Assembly: GCF_037902255.1 (NCBI RefSeq)
Contig: NZ_CP147990.1
Location: 3,570,001 to 3,602,000, forward strand
Direction: 5' to 3'
Length of the DNA: 32,000 nt
Origin: Candidatus Electrothrix sp. GW3-4
GTDB taxonomy: Bacteria; Desulfobacterota; Desulfobulbia; Desulfobulbales; Desulfobulbaceae
Part shown: positions 17,959 to 25,526 of the stretch, piece after piece
Position numbering within the stretch: position 1 is the first letter of the stretch
How the letters are laid out: every line of letters begins with the position of its first letter
Notes under the pieces: generated by a model
What the model saw: only the letters and a program-made list of their open reading frames with translations
Told to the model about the DNA's origin: nothing
Database searches by the model: none
Translations under genes and position numbers: made by a program

Positions 17959-19673
17959 TCTCTCCTGCTACCCATGCTGCTTCCCTCATAGCTATAACGG
18001 ACAAGAACCTTCAGCTTTTCCTCCTCCTTGTGCTGCGCAGTCCACCCCAGCTCGGCAGCCATGATGGCGACGGTCTGCTCCAGGGTGGTCTCGTCAGGCT
18101 GGCCGATGGTACCGAGCCCGGTACGGCGAAAAAGGACATCATCCAGGCTCATGGCCATTTCCTCCTGCACTGCGTAGAGGACGTCCACAGCTAAGGTAGA
18201 AAACGCAGGCGAAAGGGGTTTGAGGAGTTCCGGCCGATCTGTGGCCAAGGCTATGACCCGATCGATCTCTGTCCCATGATAACGGACCAGATGCTCTACT
18301 GCCTCAGCAGAGAGCAGGTCCTTGTATTGCTCCTGCTTCTCCCGCAGAAAAGCGGGGAGATCGGCAATATTGCCCTCCACCAGGGGCGTTGAAACGGTTT
18401 GGCAAGGTCTTTTCTCTTCTGTAAACTTTTGCCCTGCCAAATCAACTGTCTTCTCAGCCACATTCCTGGCCGTGGTGAATTTGGCCCCCAACGAGGTAAT
18501 GAGCCCAGGTGTCTTGTCCGTCATCTCATGATCCACCAGTTGATACTCGCCAGTACCCTGGTATTTATCCTCTTCAATATTACGAACAATCAGGGGATAG
18601 AGGCCGGTATAGGCATAATGGACATCCTGCCGGGTCAGATGGAGGTCGGGCAGGGCCTCATTAATATCAACGAGAAAATCATCAATATCCTGCTGGGTCA
18701 CTCTGACCTGGTCAAAGGTTCCCTGAAAGGGGACATTGGTGGTGCCGATCAGGGAACGGCCCCGCCAGGGGATGATGAAAAAATGGCGTCCACCCCGGGT
18801 GACAAAGCCCTCAGTTTTTTTGCGGGTGGTCAGGGCCAGGGCGTATTCCGGGTGGACCTGGCGGGTCACCAGATGCACGCCACGGGCAAAGCCGGTCAGT
18901 TCTTTTTGCAGGCGGAGATGGAGGGCTGGCACTGAACGATTCAGGGCCTGGCTCGCTGGCCCTGCCGAGTTGATGGTCAGGCGTGCCCGCACAGTAAACT
19001 GTTCGCCTGTCAAGGCATCGCGCACAGCCACCCCCTCAATCCTGCCCTCTGTTGTCAGATACTGCTCTGCCTCCAGGTAATTGGCAAGAGTTGCCCCGTT
19101 GCTGACAGCGGTTTTGAGAAAGGCCAAGGTCATCCGCTCAGAACTGTGCATATGCGATTCAAAGAGCACCTGAGCACCGCTTAACTGCTCAATACTGCTC
19201 AGCTGGGGAGCTGCAGCCAAGGCCTCTTCCACAGCAAGGAATGGTCCCTGCGGCGGCTTTCGAGCAGGATTATCGAGTAAACTCTTCAGTCCAAAATGAC
19301 AAAGAGCGTAGATCTTCATTGCTATTTTGAGGGCCCAGGCTCCCTTGGTGAGGCTTAACCCATGCTCAGTCGGAATCAGAAAGGGTTTCCAACGGACAAG
19401 ATGGGGCGCAAGCCGCTGAAAGATCATCTGCTCACGACCTGATTCCCGCACCTTCCAGACCTGGCCCTTGGGCAGGTAGCGAATGCCCCCGTGGAGTAAT
19501 TTTGAGGAGGCAGACGAGGTAAAGCCGCCAAAATCCCGGCGCTCAATCAGGGCTACGGAAAAACCGCGCAAGGCCGCGTCATGGGCAATACAGGCACCGG
19601 TGATACCGCCACCGATGACCAGGATATCAAACTGTTGTTCCTTGAGCCGCTGAAGATGTTCCTGTCGCTGCAT
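17955..19673 (-). CDS. FAD-dependent glycerol-3-phosphate dehydrogenase/oxidase-like flavoprotein
   Basis: 572 aa. DILVIGGGITGACIAHDAALRG FAD fold, the SSKLLHGGIRYL block of the GlpD/GlpA type, and a helical C-terminal domain. Its stop overlaps the GT4 start (ATGA at 17958-17955). Confidence 0.75.
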   Translation of the reverse strand: MQRQEHLQRLKEQQFDILVIGGGITGACIAHDAALRGFSVALIERRDFGGFTSSASSKLLHGGIRYLPKGQVWKVRESGREQMIFQRLAPHLVRWKPFLIPTEHGLSLTKGAWALKIAMKIYALCHFGLKSLLDNPARKPPQGPFLAVEEALAAAPQLSSIEQLSGAQVLFESHMHSSERMTLAFLKTAVSNGATLANYLEAEQYLTTEGRIEGVAVRDALTGEQFTVRARLTINSAGPASQALNRSVPALHLRLQKELTGFARGVHLVTRQVHPEYALALTTRKKTEGFVTRGGRHFFIIPWRGRSLIGTTNVPFQGTFDQVRVTQQDIDDFLVDINEALPDLHLTRQDVHYAYTGLYPLIVRNIEEDKYQGTGEYQLVDHEMTDKTPGLITSLGAKFTTARNVAEKTVDLAGQKFTEEKRPCQTVSTPLVEGNIADLPAFLREKQEQYKDLLSAEAVEHLVRYHGTEIDRVIALATDRPELLKPLSPAFSTLAVDVLYAVQEEMAMSLDDVLFRRTGLGTIGQPDETTLEQTVAIMAAELGWTAQHKEEEKLKVLVRYSYEGSSMGSRRE

Positions 19674-19677
19674 GCAC

Positions 19678-20625
19678 TTACCTCAACTTACCAGAATGTT
19701 GGCGCAGCTTCTCGCGCACCTTGTATTGTATTGCCGAGAGCAACAGGTGTAAGCGCCCCTTAACGCTGGGCTCCGCCATGCTGGCCAACTCGCTCCGCAC
19801 CAGTTCCAGCTCATCCCTGAGCTCCAGCAGACGCTCTGTTCCAGCAGAGGCGATCATCCTATACTCCTTGGGCAGGACCGCGAGCATGTATTTTTGAATC
19901 ACCTCCAGATCCTGCTGTCTCCCGGTGATTGCGGCCTCGCCCAAGGTATTGCCGTCATGGATGCGGTAGTAGAGTAACTGCTCATCCGCCACATACTGCA
20001 CTTGATCGGGAAAGGCTAACAGCATTCTAAAAATATAGTCATAATCATGGAGATAGCGCAGAGAAGAGAATTTACCCACCCGCTGCACAGCCTCTGCTGT
20101 CATAAACAGGTTGGAGGTCGTTACCATGAAATTACCTTTGAGAAAGGCTGCGTACAGATCCTCACAGGCAAAATACCAGTCCCGATTTTTCTGGTGCCAG
20201 ACATTCCAGCCGAAATCCGGGTCGGTAAATACCGTGCCTGCATCAGAAATCGGAAGAACATCGGTAAACAGGCAGGCCGCCTTGCTTTGCTGCTGGATGG
20301 CAACGAGTTTTTCCAGACGCTCTTTGGCATAGATATCATCTGAATTGAGGATAGCAATATAGTCCCCTTTGACCAAGCCCATCCCTCGATTGATGGTGTT
20401 AAAGGCGTCTTGGTTTTCCTGATAATAATAGGACAGACGAGGATCGGTATAGGCCTTGACCATGGCCCCGGTCCCATCGGTGGACCCATCATCAATCACG
20501 ATCAGCTCCAAGTTCTCCCAGGTCTGGTTCAAAACGGAATCCACTGCCGGACCAATGAAACGCTCATGATTATACGCTGGGATAACAACAGAGATAAGTT
20601 TATTTTTTTCCATAAGGTAGTACAC
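19678..20625 (-). CDS. Glycosyltransferase family 2 (GT-A fold)
   Basis: 315 aa. N-terminus ISVVIPAYNHERFIGPAVDSVLNQTWENLELIVIDDGSTDGT and an NSDD (DxD-like) motif. Confidence 0.85.
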   Translation of the reverse strand: MYYLMEKNKLISVVIPAYNHERFIGPAVDSVLNQTWENLELIVIDDGSTDGTGAMVKAYTDPRLSYYYQENQDAFNTINRGMGLVKGDYIAILNSDDIYAKERLEKLVAIQQQSKAACLFTDVLPISDAGTVFTDPDFGWNVWHQKNRDWYFACEDLYAAFLKGNFMVTTSNLFMTAEAVQRVGKFSSLRYLHDYDYIFRMLLAFPDQVQYVADEQLLYYRIHDGNTLGEAAITGRQQDLEVIQKYMLAVLPKEYRMIASAGTERLLELRDELELVRSELASMAEPSVKGRLHLLLSAIQYKVREKLRQHSGKLR

Positions 20626-20750
20626 AAGATCCTTTTTAGCCCCGCGTGACGCGACTTCTCAAAAATGTGAAGAGAAGGTATCATACCCAGCTGCTTCTGT
20701 CAAAAGTCAATATCTTGCAAGGCAGAGGATCGCCCTCTTTTTTCTTCTTA

Positions 20751-20793
20751 TTGACTTCGCAATACGCTTCCTTTACAGTACTTGTAGTACTCT
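20751..20793 (+). promoter_or_regulatory. Putative sigma70 promoter (-35 TTGACT 20751-20756, 17 nt, -10 TACAGT 20774-20779) overlapped by the inverted repeat ACAGTACT-TGT-AGTACTCT
   Basis: Spacer counted as exactly 17 nt. The palindrome at 20775-20793 has 8-bp arms with one mismatch and overlaps the -10 element and presumed start site. It lies ~190 nt upstream of the REC-HisKA gene. Confidence 0.3.
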
Positions 20794-20971
20794 CTGTTAT
20801 CGAAAAGCTGTGAGGAAGTGGAGTATGGGCAGAGCGACCTGTCCCCTTGAATTCGCTTCGCCCCACAAGCAATAAGCAATATTTTTTATATGAAAGTGGT
20901 CGGCGGAACCCGACCAGGCTTTCCAGCTTTCATGTTTTGTTGTCCCGGTCCGCCGGGATGGGTGTTATACA

Positions 20972-21589
20972 ATGAAACTTCTCATCGCAGACGACGAGCT
21001 GTCAACCAGGACCTTGCTCAGGACTTGTGTGACAAAATGGGGATATACTGTCGTCGAGGCTGGAGACGGGCTGGAGGCGATGACCTTTCTCCGCAGCCAG
21101 GCCCCACCTCGAATAGCGGTGTTGGATTGGATGATGCCCGGCCTTGATGGGGTTGAAATATGCTCCCGGCTCCAGGAGGCCCCCAATGCGCAGCTCACCT
21201 ATACAATTCTTTTGACCTGCAAGTCAGATAAAGAGGATGCTATCCATGCCCTTGATCAGGGGGCCCATGATTTTCTCAGCAAACCGGTCCACGTTGGTGA
21301 ACTACAGAGTCGTATAGCGGTGGGTAAACGCCTGGTGGAGGCCCACGACCGCCTGCTTGAACTGGACCACCTTAAAAACCGTTTTCTCCGAATCGCAGCC
21401 CATGACCTCAAAAACCCTCTGGGCTTTATTATCTCCATGACGGAGCTCCTTACCGATAAGGATTTTCCAGAGGTGCGCCAGGAGCAGGACAGCCACCTCC
21501 GCGCTATTCATGATGCAGCTGCCAGGATGCAGGGGCTGGTCAATGATCTTCTGAAGGTATCGACGGTTAAAGATGAAGAGAGGCGCTAA
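20972..21589 (+). CDS. Response-regulator receiver domain fused to a HisKA (DHp) domain; no HATPase catalytic domain
   Basis: 205 aa. REC signatures LLIADDE, AVLDWMMPGLDG and FLSKP. A coiled-coil linker is followed by the H-box RIAAHDLKNPLGFI and a second DHp helix RMQGLVNDLLKVSTVK, after which the protein stops. Confidence 0.8.
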   Translation: MKLLIADDELSTRTLLRTCVTKWGYTVVEAGDGLEAMTFLRSQAPPRIAVLDWMMPGLDGVEICSRLQEAPNAQLTYTILLTCKSDKEDAIHALDQGAHDFLSKPVHVGELQSRIAVGKRLVEAHDRLLELDHLKNRFLRIAAHDLKNPLGFIISMTELLTDKDFPEVRQEQDSHLRAIHDAAARMQGLVNDLLKVSTVKDEERR

Positions 21590-21609
21590 GTCCTGCGCCT
21601 CTCTTCATC
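21572..21609. repeat. 15-bp perfect inverted repeat (GATGAAGAGAGGCGC / GCGCCTCTCTTCATC) with an 8-nt loop containing the REC-HisKA stop codon
   Basis: Pairs 21572-21586 / 21595-21609 verified one by one. The loop is TAAGTCCT (21587-21594). There is no U tract on either side. It sits between convergent genes. Confidence 0.8.
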
Positions 21610-21692
21610 CTCAATCCCGCACCCTGGCCTGCCACTGGGCCAGTGCGTCAGCCAGCTTTACTGGTCATCTCCACAAAACCCCTGAAAAACAC

Positions 21693-22619
21693 TCAGCTGA
21701 GCCCCATCAACTCGGTACTCAGATACCGCTCGCCTGTATCGGGCAATATCACCACAATCCGCTTGCCCTGGTTTCCCGGTCTGCTCCCGATTTTCAGGGC
21801 TGCCGCAACTGCTGCGCCTGAGGATATCCCGCAAAGAATCCCCTCCTGCCGGGCAAGGCCACGGGCGGCCTGCATGGCCTCCTCATTCGTGACCTGCACC
21901 ACCTCATCAATGAGCGCCTGATCCAGGATCTCCGGCACAAATCCGGCTCCGATCCCCTGAATCTTATGCGGTCCTGGTGTGCCGCCGGATAAAACCGGTG
22001 AGTCAGCAGGCTCCACGGCCACAAGCTGGATTTCTGGGTTCTGCTGCTTTAAAAAACGTCCTGTCCCGGTAAGGGTACCACCAGTCCCCACCCCGGCAAC
22101 GAGGATGTCTACGGTGCCACCAGTCTGCTCCCAGATCTCTGGACCGGTTGTCCTTTGATGCATGGCCGGATTAGCAGGATTGGCAAACTGATTGGGCATC
22201 CAGCTCGGTGCATTTTCCTGCAATAATGCCTCTGCACGGGCAATGGCCCCTTTCATCCCCTCGCCCCCTGGTGTCAGGACAAGCTCGGCCCCGAGATAGG
22301 TAAGCAGCTTTCTCCGTTCCACACTCATGGTCTCCGGCATAGTCAGGATCAACCTGTAGCCACGGGCAGCACAGACAAAGGCCAATCCTATCCCGGTATT
22401 TCCAGAGGTGGGTTCGACAACAGTGCTCTTGGGGGCAAGCAGAGCGTCTGCCTCTGCGGCATCCAGCATAGCCACGGCTATGCGATCTTTGACACTGCTC
22501 AGCGGGTTGGCGGATTCCAGCTTCGCCACAATCTCCACTCCACAGCCCGCCCCGCTCCTGCTCAAACGAACCAAGGGGGTGTTTCCTACGCTCTCTGCCA
22601 GGTTTGCAAAAATCCGCAT
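21693..22619 (-). CDS. cysK: Cysteine synthase A (O-acetylserine sulfhydrylase)
   Basis: 308 aa. PLP-lysine block [11 protein letters not shown], plus [10 protein letters not shown] and VGTGGTLTG. Confidence 0.9.
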   Translation of the reverse strand: MRIFANLAESVGNTPLVRLSRSGAGCGVEIVAKLESANPLSSVKDRIAVAMLDAAEADALLAPKSTVVEPTSGNTGIGLAFVCAARGYRLILTMPETMSVERRKLLTYLGAELVLTPGGEGMKGAIARAEALLQENAPSWMPNQFANPANPAMHQRTTGPEIWEQTGGTVDILVAGVGTGGTLTGTGRFLKQQNPEIQLVAVEPADSPVLSGGTPGPHKIQGIGAGFVPEILDQALIDEVVQVTNEEAMQAARGLARQEGILCGISSGAAVAAALKIGSRPGNQGKRIVVILPDTGERYLSTELMGLS

Positions 22620-22634
22620 CGCCCTTTCCTCCTT

Positions 22635-23960
22635 TTAGTCCTCGAAAATAAGGACCGGACTGAAGCCGTATCCGGTCATGTTGTTGTCGCCAAAATGAAT
22701 TTTGTACAGCTTCCGCCCTTTCTGATCCCGATGAACATGCCCTATCCTTGCCATAGGTACGGTTATGACCTGCTCCTTATACCGGGCCGTCATAAAACGT
22801 AATTCAACGATTTTTTCCTGCCCATCATCGGTAATAAAGGTTGTATAGTCCACTTTTTTCTGGGCGATATATTCATCCAGCACATCGGCCAAGCTGTCTA
22901 ACACCTCTTTTGAAGGAGAAAGAAAGAGACGATGACCAGCTGCCCCCCATTTATGCTTCCAGACATACTCATCATAGGCCAGAATGCCCTGGCGAAAGGC
23001 CGAAGCGACCTCAGCAAGTTCATAACTGATCGGATTTAATGGATGATCAAGAGAAGGAGCAAGCCGCTTGGAGATCAGAAACTGTTTGATTGGGTGATTA
23101 ACGAGCTGCAACCTCTCATATTGTTTATCAAAACGATACTGCCAAGACGATCCTTCCGGATATCCTTCCAAAAACAGGGCATCGGCCAGGATAATCCGGC
23201 TGTAAAGGCGGGTTATCCTGACTGGCTGACCAGCAGAATTCCTATAGTACAACCCTCTTTCCTGTTCAAAAAAATCCTCCACATCCACGATATCAACCGG
23301 GAGTCCCAGTGTTTGCTGGGTGGCATAAAACTCAAAATTGGTTTTTTGCTCCTGCACCTTTCGATCCGTGAGCACAACCCGTTCGCCCTGCTCTCCTCCC
23401 AGCATATTCTGATAGAGGTGCAGAAAATCATCCCAACCCTGCTGCGGGCCATCGGCAAAGAGAAAGGCCTTGTCAATTTTTTCAATACCAGACAGGCGCT
23501 GCAACAGCATCCTGTTCAGCAAAGCCGAGCTGATAGGATAGGTAGCAACGGCCTGGGATTCGATATTGCGGAGCCCTTCATCGGTTACTGCCATATCAAA
23601 ACTGCCGAAGGAAAACCCACTGCCTCGCTCCGTGGGCAAGAGATTCTCCTCCTGAGGGGCAAAGCCATGGGGTGGCGACAAGGCAGGCAGGCGGCCACCT
23701 GCTGCTTCCTGCTCAATCGCGGTGATGAATTGATTAAAACTCCGGGCCAGACTTGCGCTGATTCCAACGAAATAATTGGCAAGCCGCATCCTGCCGCCAT
23801 TCTCCAGGCCGTTGCGGAAATGGTATTGCCGGGAAAAGGTCTTCACCATTTCCTGATACACCGCATCGGGGATGCGCCGAAGAAAGACATCGTCCTGCCC
23901 AGAGGCTTCCCGGCGATCTCTCACCTTCTTTACTATTCTATCCTCTTCTTTTACTGGCAT
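22635..23960 (-). CDS. Conserved hypothetical protein resembling circularly permuted (type 2) ATP-grasp amidoligases
   Basis: 441 aa. The block order recalls the CP ATP-grasp family: FSFGSFDMAVTDEGLRNIESQ, ERVVLTDRKVQEQKTNFEFYATQQTLGLPVDIVDVEDFFEQERGLYYRNSAGQPVRITRLYSRI, LQLVNHPIKQFLISKRL, YVWKHKWGAAGHRLFLS, YIAQKKV, ELRFMT. This is pattern recall only. The CDS itself is solid: cysK starts 15 nt downstream of its stop. Confidence 0.4.
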   Translation of the reverse strand: MPVKEEDRIVKKVRDRREASGQDDVFLRRIPDAVYQEMVKTFSRQYHFRNGLENGGRMRLANYFVGISASLARSFNQFITAIEQEAAGGRLPALSPPHGFAPQEENLLPTERGSGFSFGSFDMAVTDEGLRNIESQAVATYPISSALLNRMLLQRLSGIEKIDKAFLFADGPQQGWDDFLHLYQNMLGGEQGERVVLTDRKVQEQKTNFEFYATQQTLGLPVDIVDVEDFFEQERGLYYRNSAGQPVRITRLYSRIILADALFLEGYPEGSSWQYRFDKQYERLQLVNHPIKQFLISKRLAPSLDHPLNPISYELAEVASAFRQGILAYDEYVWKHKWGAAGHRLFLSPSKEVLDSLADVLDEYIAQKKVDYTTFITDDGQEKIVELRFMTARYKEQVITVPMARIGHVHRDQKGRKLYKIHFGDNNMTGYGFSPVLIFED

Positions 23961-24041
23961 GTTTTCTGAAAATAAGGTTTATCCCCTCACATCGGAAGCG
24001 TGGTAAGGGTGGGGGGGCGTAAATAATTTGCAAAAAACCGC

Positions 24042-25190
24042 TCAGCTGCCAACAAGGGCCAGCAACAAGGCGGTGAGGTTAGTCATATCCTCAAGGCTGA
24101 CCTGCTCAGCTGTGGAATGAACATGGGTCATACCGGTGGCGATAATGGCCGTGGGCAGACCACGACCGTTGAAGATATTGGCATCACTGCCACCGCCAGC
24201 AACCTCGTGCTGCATAGGGATACCGACACGGGCAGCAGCGACATCAAGGCGCTGAATAACCGCATCCTCAGGAGCAAGTTGCATGACCGGAAAATCCTCA
24301 TCCACCTGAAAATTAAGCTCTGGCAAACCACGGGCCTCGCCTACGGGGTCATTCCATTCCTCAATCACCAGGGAAAAGGCTTGCTTAATCTCGGCAGTGA
24401 GCTGATCTAACTTTTCTGGGGAATGGCTGCGCACCTCGCCCTCAATAACGACCTCTTCCGCGACAATATTAGAGGCCGCCCCGCCCTGAAGAGTACCAAA
24501 GTTAGCTGTAGTCTCTTCATCAATCCTGCCGCAGGGAGCCATTGCCAGGGCCTTGCCAGCCAAGGTAATGGCATTAATACCCTGCTCCGGGTGGAGGCCT
24601 GCATGGGCTGCCACCCCTTTGATGGTGATGCGGAGTCGATTACAGGCTGGTGCCCCGATAATCACCCTGCCGAATCCTGTGGAATCAAGGGCATAGCCCA
24701 TCCTGGCCTGGAGCTGTTCAGGTTTGAAAGCCTTGGCCCCAAGCAGACCTATCTCCTCGCAGGTGGTGAAGAGGAACTCCAGAGGCGCATGGGACAGTTT
24801 CTTTTCCTGCAACACAGTCAGGGTCTCAATCATGGCGGCAATGCCGGATTTATCGTCACTGCCCAGGATGGTCTCGCCCAGACTGGTAAAGATATCATCT
24901 TTGCGCACCACCTTGATGCCGGTGCAGGGCTCCACAGTGTCCAGATGGCAATTGAAAAACAGCGGTTCCAGGTTGGGATCACCAACAAAGCGAAAGATCA
25001 GGTTGCCGCATTCCGAGCCGGTTTCTGTGGCAGAATCGTCTTCAAAGGGTGGTTCCGCCCCCAAGTCGCCGAGCATCTCCGTGACCAAGGCTGCCATTTG
25101 CCCCTCCTTTCTGGAAGGGCTGTCGGTTTCGCAGAGACGGATAAAAGTCTGGGCCAGTCTCTCCCGGTTAATCATTTTTTGAAGCTGCAT
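24042..25190 (-). CDS. M20/M25/M40-family metallopeptidase (PepT/tripeptidase-like)
   Basis: 382 aa, with motifs FNCHLDTV, GSDDKSGIAA and TCEEIGLLGA. Confidence 0.8.
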   Translation of the reverse strand: MQLQKMINRERLAQTFIRLCETDSPSRKEGQMAALVTEMLGDLGAEPPFEDDSATETGSECGNLIFRFVGDPNLEPLFFNCHLDTVEPCTGIKVVRKDDIFTSLGETILGSDDKSGIAAMIETLTVLQEKKLSHAPLEFLFTTCEEIGLLGAKAFKPEQLQARMGYALDSTGFGRVIIGAPACNRLRITIKGVAAHAGLHPEQGINAITLAGKALAMAPCGRIDEETTANFGTLQGGAASNIVAEEVVIEGEVRSHSPEKLDQLTAEIKQAFSLVIEEWNDPVGEARGLPELNFQVDEDFPVMQLAPEDAVIQRLDVAAARVGIPMQHEVAGGGSDANIFNGRGLPTAIIATGMTHVHSTAEQVSLEDMTNLTALLLALVGS

Positions 25191-25476
25191 TGGTTTACCA
25201 AGAAAGTTTTTGTTGTCAAATTACCGCAGATAATTATTTTACTATAACATAAAAACAGATAAGCAACAGAATACTTTCCTCCCATATAGCATTCCTTCTG
25301 AGGTTCACTTTATTTCTTCCTCAACAGACGTCAGCGATTTTTCCTGTGATTTCTTTCCCGCAAGGTCTTTTTTGTCTAGTAAACAACTGCGGAACTTGAT
25401 TGTCAACAGAGAGTTGCCATACAATCTTCAGTCCGCACTGGACAATCCCTCCCTGCTGGTTTACTATAAATCATTT

Positions 25477-25506
25477 TTGACAATTCATCCTGATTTCAAA
25501 TATTAT
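25477..25506 (+). promoter_or_regulatory. Putative sigma70 promoter (-35 TTGACA 25477-25482, 18-nt spacer, -10 TATTAT 25501-25506)
   Basis: Hexamers and spacer counted directly. This leaves only a ~14-20 nt leader with no obvious SD before ATG 25527, so the assignment is tentative. Confidence 0.3.
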
Positions 25507-25526
25507 TTCTGATTCGTTTCAAATAA

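Noticed and set aside
20681-21147. Small ORFs 20681-20872(-) and 20890-21147(+) in or over the divergent promoter region.
   Set aside because: They have no SD and featureless sequence. The second overlaps the REC domain gene out of frame.
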